64,000 nucleotides of DNA from positions 18,972,001-19,036,000 of the forward strand of contig CM120640.1 of NCBI GenBank assembly GCA_051362555.1, given 5' to 3'. The translations under genes and the position numbers were made by a program. Shown here one piece after another: positions 48,801 through 60,414 of the stretch (the first letter of the stretch is position 1; every line of letters starts with the position of its first letter). Under the pieces are notes generated by a model. That model saw nothing but the letters and a program-made list of their open reading frames with translations, was not told the DNA's origin and searched no databases. The DNA is from Lingula anatina (Eukaryota > Animalia > Brachiopoda).

Positions 48801-49353
48801 GAAGATAGATGTAAAATTACTGTACATAATGGATTGCTTTTTTGTATCATTCTGCTTGTTATAGTGTTTAAAACAGAGAAAGGGAGAAGGTAGGTACCCC
48901 TTGAAGCTTGGGGAGGGGGGAGGGCACGACTCACGATACCCCGTTTCTTACCCCCCCCCCCCCCGACCCGCCATTGTTATAAACAGCAAATGTGCTTTAA
49001 AGTGTTTGAGTGAAAAATACCATACAAAATTAAGGCAATAAGAATGCACACGAGAGTCATGCATTGTGCATTTACTAGACACTGCCAGGTCACATCCATC
49101 ATGCTATAAAATTCACTACCAAGGAGCTATAACCAGGGTTAACGTAGATTTAAATGTGGACTTAAAAACCACAAGTTGAAAATGGCGCCAGCAATGAGAC
49201 GAAGCTGCTCCTTGTGGGTTTTTAAACAAAAGTTTTTCAAAACATGCACTTCAAAGCTTAAATGCTAACAGGGCCTTATAAAGAAGTACCTTGACCAGCA
49301 CATGTTCTGCACTCGAGCGTGCTCTCACGCTCATAGCATCTTTCGCATGACAT
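29111..49353 (-). CDS. B-box / coiled-coil / double extended-Tudor / CCHC zinc-knuckle protein (RNF17/Qin-like TDRD, RING-less), about 1143 aa
   Basis: Exons in transcript order: 49290-49353 (ATG, in-frame stop just upstream), 45654-45745, 44531-44574 (uncertain; alternative 44307-44353), 43890-43955, 43251-43422, 42953-43039, 42611-42752, 42217-42255, 41375-41492, 40883-41033, 39589-39693, 35023-35142, 34541-34628, 33309-33971, 32872-32989, 32406-32523, 31967-32071, 31621-31725, 31335-31416, 31093-31167, 30058-30775, 29490-29628, 29111-29131 (or unspliced stop at 29478). Total 3432 nt, frame intact. B-box CERC..CRTC..YCEECSKTVH..NH; Tudor1 GQLCFARFSADNMWYRARV..VRFVDFGN..LPHQALECCL; Tudor2 GQLVAVQYEDRWQRG..LVDDEG; knuckle CFGCHKLGHVQRNC. 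Confidence 0.82.
29297..29371. repeat. 75-nt hairpin with perfect 23-bp stem
   Basis: CGGCGGCTGTTAGCAGATGCATA (29297-29319) pairs with TATGCATCTGCTAACAGCCGCCG (29349-29371). Confidence 0.85.
32083..32126. repeat. (AAT)n microsatellite
   Basis: Direct reading; sits just upstream of a minus-strand splice acceptor. Confidence 0.95.
32603..32652. repeat. (GA)n microsatellite
   Basis: Direct reading. Confidence 0.9.
34648..34687. repeat. (AAT)n microsatellite
   Basis: Direct reading; sits just upstream of a minus-strand splice acceptor. Confidence 0.9.
38443..39402 (+). CDS. Nested ankyrin-repeat-like / SOCS-box (ASB-like) protein, 319 aa, single coding exon
   Basis: Uninterrupted 960-nt ORF; ankyrin-like LLTAVREKSINIVKMVLK, DGTNPLVVAL, LLERGADP; C-terminal SOCS box PKPLMQLCRTVIRNSM..IKRLDSLPNILKTFL; N-terminal MGKSWS; ttttttatag acceptor 6 nt before ATG. 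Lies antisense inside intron 35143-39588 of the Tudor gene. Confidence 0.85.
   Translation: MGKSWSKHKMCPTVMTAIAADDTNTVSTYIQTAKQQQCLTPDFWRHLLLTAVREKSINIVKMVLKDEDRADLSADGTNPLVVALLQAQCSTDVNIIKDIVMADLQENLQQNIPFDVITTCLDPNLQELSTILNIVHSVHHHSYSIHMHAMILHAVVTYFPTLMPPLLERGADPTGLTNKHFFMDVEKFWAFTRFTMHTKYMIPAQHLETFIHAANSTEALEIIANMVLELFQHERISVSATLPLLELLCETGYRFPSYHIKWIQNGIPRNQFPEFGAQPKPLMQLCRTVIRNSMTHNVLYSIKRLDSLPNILKTFLSLN
39775..39838. repeat. (CA)n microsatellite
   Basis: Direct reading. Confidence 0.95.
44601..45438 (-). mobile_element. Helentron-associated (HINE/DINE-1-like) non-autonomous rolling-circle element
   Basis: 15-bp sub-terminal inverted repeats TATTGTACCACCAGC (44637-44651) / GCTGGTGGTACAATA (45423-45437); partial IR forming a stem at about 45405-45434; GAGGCG-ATAC-CGCCTC hairpin 44617-44632; CTAG-TTT end on minus strand; CGGA-type microsatellite; inserted in an A/T run. 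Confidence 0.78.
46025..48771. mobile_element. 2.7-kb non-autonomous TIR element with internal ~350-bp tandem units
   Basis: Perfect 29-bp inverted repeat TATATATGGGCATTTTTACAATCCTGGGC (46018-46046 / 48750-48778); GGG..CCC termini flanked by ATAT; 16-bp motif TGTCCWTTCCGAAACA eight times internally. Superfamily uncertain (Sola- or ISL2EU-like termini). Confidence 0.75.
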
Positions 49354-49423
49354 CTTTCAATCTTCATTCACAACATGTGCCAGAAAGCCAAAATTGCTCA
49401 GAAATTAGGTCAAGTGTGGTCAC
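49354..49423. promoter_or_regulatory. Bidirectional promoter / overlapping 5' region of Tudor gene and SNX27
   Basis: Divergent start codons at 49353 (-) and 49424 (+); locally CpG-richer sequence; YY1-like AAAATGGCG near 49180 and ATGGCGG at 49433. Confidence 0.7.
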
Positions 49424-50241
49424 ATGACAAGTATGGCGGACAGCGAAGAGGAAAGTTCACCTGTGTCTCAAAATTCGGATGTTATTCATGGTCCACGAGT
49501 TGTTACAATTACTAAGACTGAAACAGGGTTTGGCTTTAATGTCAGAGGCCAAGTCAGTGAAGGCGGACAGCTGAAAAGCATTAATGGCGAACTGTATGCA
49601 CCGCTACAACACGTTAGCGCAGTGTTGGAGGGAGGAGCAGCCGAGAGGGCAGGGATACGGAAAGGGGACAGGATCTTAGAAGTGTAAGTTGTCAGTTGGT
49701 GAATTCTCTCTACATTTTTCTAACCTCAACCCTCATCCTGATTGACGCGCCAAGTTTTTTCAACTATTTTTACTGAATGATGCTGGGGGAAATGTATAAC
49801 GGATGGCCTGGAAGATTGAACCCGATTAAAACATGTTTACACTTACTGATTTAGGTCATAGACTAAAGCAACATGCATGCATATTATAAGAACCGGTGAT
49901 AACATATAAATTTAGATTATTATGAGTTTTAAAATTCTTGAATATTTTGTTTTGTCTGAGGTTTTTAACAACAGTGTAACATTTTAATTAGTATTTTTGG
50001 GTAGGTTAAAGTTTTTCAGTAAATGTTATCCAGGCCAGTTATATGCAAAATTATATCAAAATATATTTCTTTTATAGTTTTAAGGAAAATATTTTAACAA
50101 CTGTTGTGCATGGGCTAACTAGTGTATTGGTGTTTCAATATGACATATGTAATGTTAAGGAAATTTTTGGTTGTGAATGAGAAATGAAAATTGATATTTA
50201 TTTTTGAAAATTAAAGTTGGGATTCATATTACAAACATTTA

Positions 50242-50299
<58 letters not shown>

Positions 50300-53200
50300 T
50301 TTTGTAAGACATTGATTAGATATGCTGCTAGTCTGGGTGGTACTTGGTGATTGTTGAAAATGTCATTGTTTTTGTACAGTATTATTACTACTGTAATTGC
50401 ATATACCATATGTAGGTAGTTAGGGTGTCGTTACCAGTCTATAGTTACATAGTTAATTATCCAGGGTAATTCTTTTGGTTTTAATCTGGAATTTAATAGT
50501 TCACAATTTGTCCTAGGTTAAAAAAAACTCTAAGCCATCCTGCTCCTAATTATGCTGTTTCTTCCCTATATGTACTGAGTATGCATCTCAGGGACAGCTA
50601 TGATGTCAATTGCACGCCCACTTGTGTATCTGCAGGATATTTATAGTACTTTATTGATGTAACTAAAACATGTTGGAGCAACTTAACTATTAAAAATTTA
50701 CCAATCTTTCTATGCTTGGGTATAAAGATAGCCTAGGACAACCCAAAACTGTATTGGTGAATTAAAAATGTTTGAAAAGCCATTAATAGTAACTGTACAG
50801 AAACATATTTCTATACTAGTACACTATTTCTCATTCTTGCACTTTGTTGGGCAGTAAGTTTCTTATGTAGTTAAGGTTCTTATATACTTATTTTAACTGT
50901 TATAATGAATATGAATGGCTTTTTTATTAAAAAAAGTTATTGTACTCATTCTTTGTGAAGTATATATTATCATTAACATTGCATCAAGTTAGAATGTTAA
51001 GGTCAGGTAACTGATATGTGTTTCATTTTCAGGCTTTTACATTTAACATTGTTGTCTTAATATTTGCTTAAATTGGAATTTTGGGTTGTTGTTGTGTCTT
51101 GCTTCACTTTGTATAATAACTGAAAGCATGAAAACTGATTGAGAAATTACTGTAAATTTCTCTAGGAAATTTTGATATATAAAATATATTTCAGAATATT
51201 ATTTGAATATGTCCTTAATATTAGCAATAGGCATGTTGTTAATTCTTTTCAGTTTTTTTTTAAATTTGATATTCATGATATTTTTTATATATATATGTAG
51301 TTGTGGTAAGATATCAAAGAAATTTTATATTGAATGTTTTACAAATGCTCATTTGCAAATTATAAGTTTCAGCTGAGATAAGATGTATGAGTATATATAT
51401 ATATGATGTGAGTCACAAAGTTGCATGTCAGTAGGCAGTATATTATATTGGTACCAGTTCAATATTCCCATTTTTAAGAAAATGATAGTGTCTGTCACTG
51501 GTATCAGTGATGAGAATGCAAACTGTATGCAACTGGATTATGAAATACACAAAAGCTCTAATAATATGAATTAAGTTAACAAAGTCATTGTAAATTGGTC
51601 TCTTCCTCAAGTTTTCTTTGGGAGGATTCTTTTCACAAATATTTTAAATTTTGGTGTGTAGTTTTGACCCTTTGATTTGATTCTCATTCAATACTGACAT
51701 CATGTTTGTCTACAAAATGTTCCTATGAATAGTTATCCTCTTTGCGGGGTTTTTATAAATGTTTTTAAATGTGGTTTGTCTGCATTGTCTGTCTAATTTA
51801 CATGTTCTGACATTTTCACATTACATTGCTGAGGTCTGCTGTTCTCATATTGCCATTTAAGGTTTGTATTGTTTTATAGAGACTTGTTGATCTTATGGTC
51901 AATGACAACTTGTTTTCTGAACAAAGGAGTATGGATGTATACTAGTAGTTTTACTGGCTATGCTTCTTTAAAATATTTGTGAAAAGAATCCTCCCAAAGA
52001 AAACTTGAGGAAGAGACTGTTTCTAGATTTTATACTTGGTAATTATTTGATTTGAACAACATTTATTAATAGCCCCCCCTTCTGAAAACACACACACAAA
52101 TGATTTGTAGGCAATACTTAAGAATGTTGATTCAAAAGTTATTCAGTTTTGTGTAAGAAAGTAAACTGTAATGAAGATATAGAACAAGTGAAAATTAAAT
52201 ACTAGAAAAACAAGGCCTTTGAAAGTTTTAAGTTATCTCTGTATTTTCATTGTGTTTCTAAGTTATATTCCTAAAATTCCAGAGGGCTGTGGATCCTATA
52301 TTTCAATTACTATTTTATTTCAACATCCTGTTACAGACATTACATAGTTAATGACTATGTGGTCTTTGAACTTTAGAACAGGGTTAACATTTTCCTGATG
52401 TTGAAATATTGTGGCTTAGTTTTGTAAAGTATATTTTTAAAATCAACACTTTTTCTTGCTTTTGGCAGACAGTCATTTCTTTATATGATTCCTTCAGTCT
52501 TTTGAGTGATTATTTTCTGAGCAAATGATTTAGTCTATCCTATCATTGTTTTCTACTGCAATAGGGAGAGAATTGTTCAATTGTTTTATTTATGCAATGT
52601 GCTTTTACGAAGGAAGCATGGCCTACATACAGCAAAGAAACATTTTTTAAGGGACTGTTAACAAATGATGATATAATTTTTGAATTTAGATACCATAGCA
52701 TAAACTTTTTTATGCATCTGTTTGCTATTCATCTTCATTAGATTTAATCAATGGCTGCTTGCAGAAACAAACCAAATCTTTGAATGAAACTGATGATAAA
52801 TACTTTAAAAAGAATATTGCATTTTTCACAGACTGCAGATGTAAATAACCTCTTGCATCTTGGGAATATTTAGTGTGCCGCCATGGGCCAGGCAATTTTT
52901 TTCACAGAAAAAAAGGTTATCACTTCAAGAAGTAAATACTTGATCACAGCATTTCACGAAATGCAGTCCCTAAGATAATGACTGATTCAGCACTATGAAG
53001 AGAGGTCATATTACAGAACTTTTATTTTATTATTAAAATAGCATTTTTTTATTATTTGCAACTGTCTGGTTAGTAAATACTGTAGGCACAATTCATTTTA
53101 GAAGTTTAGAAGCAACCGTAGGTACTAACACATACAGACTTAATTTTTTTTAGCTTCATATAGTACCTGATTGATTGCAGTAAAGTGAATGTAAGGCATT

Positions 53201-56200
53201 TCATTGTTATCACGCATAGTGCTACAGCGTAATCTTTGCCTTTAGCAGCGGGTGGATAACAGAGACATTTGTCTGTGCTTAACACAATGTTAGCCTGTCA
53301 TTGTTTCATATAATCCTTTATCTCTAATTTGTCAGCTTCATCAAAGTTGAACACATCAAACTTCACTTGTAGAAATAGGACAGCTTAGATTAGTTGCCTG
53401 TCATGTCATGTCAACCCAAGCTTGAACTTCGAAATTAGATATGCCATAATTAACAGGAAAAAAAGACTTTGAGAAGCATATAATGACAGTTACTGTTATT
53501 TCCCTGTAATTTCATCAGCACTTTTTTATATTAAGATAAATTACCAGGTAATATTTTAAGGATTAGTTAATTTGCTGTTTAATAATAATTATTATTTGCT
53601 TTTTCTTTCTTCTATTTATTGACATCATTTATAATGTGTAACCAAAACAATTAGAATTTTTTATGTCAGATTGAAATTAACTTACCATTTTGAGAGACAT
53701 TAAAATAAGTGACAACTTACAACCTAAATTTTAGAATAAGCTTGAATTTTTTTGAGTTTATGGGCATGCCGACCATTTGGCGGATAATCAAGGCAAGGGC
53801 TGGTGTTCAGATTTTTGGGATATTTTATTGACAAAAAATCTCAATTGTGTTGCCTGTGATGTGAAAACTATCCTATCAGTTGATGTTTCTATTGGAGGTG
53901 CATTTTTCATGGGAATATCATGTACTGGAATGTTACTTTTGGTTTACTTTTTTCTTTGACATATTTAAAGTTAAAAGATTTTGATCATTAATAAGGGCTT
54001 TATATCAAATGGTGAGTGTGTTTGGGGGAGGGCTAATTTCTTAATTATCATTATGAGAAATTAAATAAACGAGTGTCAACATTAGTTTTTGAGAAGTAAA
54101 TCACAAAATAAAACAAAATGGACTTTTTAAAAGAATAGCATAATAACAGCTATTGCAACAGAACAGGATCTAAGAGACCATTCCCACAGATATTTAGATC
54201 GATTTATCCCCTTGGGGAGTCTCACGAGATTGCTGTCATCTTAATCGGCTTAAATGTCTGTCCCACCTACTAAAAGCTGTAAGGGGGTAATTAACTTTTG
54301 TGCGCCTTTGGCTCCCAGAAGCTGACAGCAATTTAGTGTGAATCCCCAGGGAGTTAGGTCAGTCCAGATGGATCGATCTAAATATGTGGGAACCCAGTCA
54401 AAGCTACATGGAGGAGTATCTCCACCAGTACTTTGATACTCAGGGTGACTTTGGTTTTGTATACTATTAGCTTGTTTATCAGTGATTCTTGCATAGTATG
54501 AAATATGTCATGATCATTTATTAGTTGCCGGTTAGCATACTGACAATGTTAAATCTACACTGAAAAATCCATCCATGCACATAACAGATGTAATATGGGT
54601 TCTGAAGCCTTTTTTGTTACCATGTTACCAAGAATCTCTGTGTAGAATCTCTGTGAATTTCTATCACTACAGTGTCTATACATATGCCTGTTATCATTTT
54701 TTGCAATACACAAAAACAGTCAACATGATACGTTTGTTAAGTTAAAAACAATGGTTAACAAGTCAAAATGGCCCCAGAAATATTTTTAACCATCTTAAAA
54801 GGGTGGTCTTAACAATGCATTTTCACTCTCATTGGTTTCAATGTCAGTTACATTTTATTTTGGGTCCATAGTTCATAAAATGTTCAACTCAAGGAACAAA
54901 ACTGCAAGATAGAAATTATGTAGTCAACTATCCAAGTTAAGTAATCTAAGTCAAGCCCAGCAGGCCTCTGAATTGATGAACATGTTTTGATATTGAGTTA
55001 GCTGAAGCTGTACTGTACTTCTGGGTTTCCAACAGTCTGATTACTGTGGCACCTTCTTTGCCAGCATGCGTGTTTATGGTGAAAAGGGATTTGGTTGATA
55101 GATGGTGTGGTATAAATCTGTAATGACTTCTGTCTTTGCACGAGTTCTTGACCAAGATTGAAGAAAAGTGGTTTTAAGGCACAGAATGAGCAAATAGTCA
55201 ATGTTCTTGAATATTTCTGTACTTTTCCACTTACTACCATAACCATTTTATGTGTCTTTTTAACAATAAGTTGCTACTTTTTTGTGCTCTCATAAAAAAT
55301 ATAAAGACTAACGAATTTCACTCATGAAGATAAAAAAAGTTTTATAGATAATATTTTTCTCAGTAGTTTTTGGATAGGGCAGACCTTGGTCATAATGGAA
55401 AAATTGCTGAAATTTCAAGGGATTTTTTTTCTATATAAACATCTGTCATGCACTTTTTGTCTTTTGGATTCACTGAAATTTAGTTGTGGTATTATTTCTC
55501 TGTAGGAGGAACATTGATCTTCTCTTGATTTCAGTTCCTTGCATGTCTATACTCAAGTCTATTATTAGCGAAATCCAATCAGCGTATTGTGGCGAAAGTT
55601 GTGTTCTGGATGAGGTAATGGCAACGTGATCTTGTTGTCTCTTATTTTCAGGCACGTACCCCAAGTTCATTATCTGTAACATATGGAGCAGAAATGCAGC
55701 TTCAGAGCATGTAAAGCATGGTTATAAATCCAATCAGCTGCGTCACAGATAGCTTTTGCTATTTTCCCCAATTGAAGATATAGATAACTTCATTCTCATG
55801 ACCTGAAATGTTAGGATTTGATGATGGTAAAATGTAACCCTGTCTACAGGGACAATCAGAAATGGAATATGTATGTTATTTTCATAAATCAAGATCAAAG
55901 TCCCTTTCTTACTCCATTGTTACTTAAGACATTGAAAATCAGTTTAAATGTTTTTAATTACCTCTGTCAATTTGGTTGTCTGTCACTGCATAGTTCTCTC
56001 TGCATGTCTTTCTGGCTGTCTTATCTCTTACAGTTTTCAGTCTTTTACAACAAAATACACACACATACAGACACACACATGGTGTGAGTGTGTGTATCAA
56101 GTTAATATACCATGGAAATTTCCCCTCTTATGATACAGTGAAAGGGAGGGCAGGTTCACCTTCATTGATAGTTGTAGTTTGATTTCACTGTATATGATAT

Positions 56201-59200
56201 GTTTTTGTTTTTATTTATTATTTTTCTTTTATGCTAGAAATGGTGAATCTGTAGAAGGATCAACACACAAACAGGTTGTAGACCTTATCAAATCAGGAGG
56301 AGATTCATTAACATTGACAGGTAGATTTACATATGTATGGATTACAACTTACAAGCTATATTGCTATAATTTTTTGTTATCTAGATCACATTAGTTTGCA
56401 TGCCTGATGCTATGTGCCCTTCACTTGGCATTTGTTGTTAAAGATAATTGATATGTGATATATAATGGTGATATAGGTTATCACTGTCTTGTTTCCTAAT
56501 TTAAATGATGTATTAATTTGTTGTATTTTGTGAGCGATATAAAGATGCTACAAACTGTACACATTTAATGATTTTTGTAAAGTAATTTTAAATATGGAAT
56601 GAAGTTTAAACGGGGATACAAAACAGTTTTACTTAGAAATGATATACAAAAACAGCACTTTCGTAACATCAAACGCTCCAAATAATTAAGATATATATAG
56701 AAGTTTTTCAGTGCCCTCACTATTGTTTGTGATCTAAGTCAGTGGAGAACAGCATTATACCAATATGAATAGATTGATATCAGAATATAGTGAAATAATT
56801 TGAATATTTTAATTCAGTTATTTCAGTCCCAGAGCAGGTAGCAGAAAAATTGGAACCAAGCGATGAATCCTCAGGACATTCTCTGATCGACTACTCAGAA
56901 AAACGATCACTTCCAATATCAATTCCTGATTATAACTACTCAGAAAGTAATGGAGAAAGATATGTGGTAAGTTTTTTCTTAATCTTTCTTTTTTTTTTCT
57001 CTTTCTTTCACTTGGCTCACCATGAAGAAAGAATGATGTATGTATTGAATTATAATACATCTGGATAAATCTTTGTCAGGTACCTTATAAATTTTTCCAA
57101 ATTTCCTATACTTGTGGATATCAATTTTATTGAGTTTTACTTGAAAAGTCAAAGATAATTGAAATCTTATGAATGCAGCTCTTGAAGGATTGCTTACATC
57201 AGTCAGGAAAAGAAGGTATGTAAAGGGAGTCTTGGCAGTAGGAGCTAAATAAAACGTATTGATTATTTGTTGTAATGTGTTCAGTTTATGATTTTAAGCA
57301 AAATTTCAGGGATAACTTTATCTTTGCTATTTGAGTGTCTACATCACCAAGACCCTTTTTAACACCATAGCACAATATAAAACCTGATCAAAGAAGGCTC
57401 AACATGGCATGGTTGGTTTTTAAAACTAGGTTAACATTTTTCCAATTTCTAGCAAAATTACACTTAACTTAATTATAATGACAAAAAAGTGGCTGCGGTA
57501 GGTAGGAGCGATTTAATTACTCGTTTTTGAAACTGCCTTGATGATTCTTGGAAAAAGGTGTATAATTTCTTGGAAAATAGTCTAAACATAGGAAAAGTAA
57601 TGGAAAAATTGTAAAGCACTTATCTCTGAAAATGTATATCTGAAATTGAAGATTGCTGTGGTAAAGGTGAACTAAGTCATGGAATTGAGGGGATTCAAAC
57701 CTGGCATTTTGGCAATTTGTCTTGGTAATGTTATGTTGTGAGTTAGGGAAGTGAGTTAGAGAAAAGGAACAAATCTTCTTCTGTTGTAAATGGATTCAGA
57801 ATCCCAGAGGAAGCAAAAATTATTGCATCCCTTCCCCTATTATTAGATAAAATAAAAAAAAAAAACCCATATCATGAAAAAGATTATTCTTAGCTTTTCC
57901 CAGAGACATAATTTTCTAAAGAAAAAAAAACTTGAAATGGAAAGGGATTTTGGAAACTAGAAGCAAGGACCGTTAGTATGGCAATTTCTTTCCGGGATTT
58001 ATTCTGAAAAGTAGTAAATCTTCAGGACTATTCATGAGTCAGACTTATAGGGGGATGTTTTGGGAGCCAAAATTATCATTGGCCTAGGCTCCCCTGTGAA
58101 ATTTTCAGATTTTTTCACTTCTCACCAGTCTCATCCCTGACTATTGGAAATTATGTGGATTGTTGAATTAGAAGTTTATGTGTACAAATAATGTTGCACA
58201 TTGAAAAGTAGCAACATCAGCATTACTGTCTCTATTAAAAAAAATTTATGCAAAATATATTATTGGTTTTATCAAATTAATGTGACTTTTCTTTTTCTTT
58301 TATAGGCATACAATTTGTATATGGCTGGCAGACAACTTTGCTCAAGAAGGTATAAAGAATTTGCAAATCTTCATAATAGACTCAAAAGAGAGTTCCCCGA
58401 TTTTAATTTCCCCAAAATGCCGGGCAAATGGCCGCTGAAGCTTTCTGAACAACAGCTAGATGCTAGGAGAAGAGGACTCGAGCAATATGTCGAAAAAGGT
58501 AATAAGATGTGAAAATAATTTTCTGTCCATTTTGCTTTCCTGGCAATTTTCTCTCTCTCTCTCTCTCTCTCTCTTCCCCCCCCCCCCCCCCCCCCCCCTC
58601 CATACACAATCACTTTTCAGTCTTTGCCCAATAATATCTACCTGTGGTGATAGCCATGTTGACATTACCAGAACAAGACATGTACATTCTGAAACAAATT
58701 GCGTTTATTTCCTTTACTATTTCCTTAGGGATCTCACAGGTGAACCGTAATATCCTCTCAATTCTTAATACTGCATGATGATAAATAGAGTTCAATCATG
58801 CAGCAGAAAATTTGTCCACATGCAACTTGTTATGAAGACTACGTATTTGATGCTAAATGCCTCTGGTTCACAGTTATAGTAAAATAGAGAATGGACACAA
58901 GCTTTGATAAGTTTCAACAAAATAAATTGTAGAAATGTGCAGAACCAATAATATCAGTGTAATAAATTTGTTTGTTACAATTATTTGTTTGTCTTTCTCA
59001 GTAACGGCAGTCCGTGTTATAGGTGAAAGTGATATTATGCAAGAATTTTTGGCCCCTGACAGTGAGCAGGTATGTACATGTGTAAATATGTTTAAAATGT
59101 CGTAAATGAGTCAACACAAGATACTGATTCAGAACTAACTATATTGATTATTTCCTGTAATGCAGTTAAGACATTTCAACAGCAAAAAAGCATCTTGCAG

Positions 59201-60371
59201 CATAAGCACCAAAACCAGTCACACCCTTAATGTTCTCTTTACGTATGCAGATAATTAGTAGTATTTATGTGCATTTGTGACTATTACAGTGCATAGCCAT
59301 CTACAAATACTCATAACAGAATCAACTGATAGTTGACTGTGTTGCTTTTTGCATAGTCCACGTTGACCTCTATGTGAAGCATTGCAATCATCTTCTTTTG
59401 GCCTGTGGTAAAATTGACCAATTTTGCTTTGCTTTAATGTTTGGTTTACACCAAGATAGTTTTAAACTAAAAACAGCCCAACTCCTGTTATCTGCTGGTC
59501 ACATTATAAAAAGTTTCCCTAATCTGATGACACGTTTTTGGGCAGTTTCTTTTCTGAATTTCTTGTAGTTTGAACTGGACTTAAAAGGGCATTGATATTA
59601 GATTTATACAAGTTTGTCATATATGATTTTTAGGATGGCAGTACTGCAGATGAAGTGGAACTTAAGGTGCTATTACCAGACAGGAAAGTCTTAACAGTTG
59701 CAATCAAGAGAAGCAGTGTCACTGATGAAGTTTATGAGGTAATAAATAATTTTATTTCGGGGGGGATAGGATTGATTTGAATCCAGATAATGAATTTTGT
59801 AGCACAAAGACATGTTTAAACTTCAGTTACTTGAAAAATATTTATGTGAAAAAAATCATTGTGTATCCAAGTGGAAAATATTGATTTTGTCTGCATGAAT
59901 GTTTTTCAGCATTAGATATGTGAACTGTGCTTCTGAAGTAGACAGATTAGTTCCCTTAAGAATACAGCAGCTTAAGATTTTAGAAAAGATATAATCATAT
60001 GGAAGCTCAAGTGAAGAACATTCTGGGAAGAGCTTATATCTATAGCTGAAACCAAAGTAAAAAGGCATTAAATTATCTTGTCTATTAATTAGATTATGGA
60101 AAAGTATTGGATAATGAATCAATAATGCAGTCTGACTGTGTGATATGATCTGTATTTGGTTTCAGGCAGTGGTTCGGAAACTAGGAATGACAGATGAAAC
60201 CGCAAAGTATTTCTATTTATTTGAAATATTGGATGACACATTTGGTGAGAATATTTGCTCTTGCTCTGATATTAATATACTAAAGCATAATGTTTAATGT
60301 AAGTAATGTTGACAATAACAATTCTTAGAAAGTACTCTTGTTAACTAAAGAGTTTCATCATATTTGACTTT

Positions 60372-60414
<43 letters not shown>

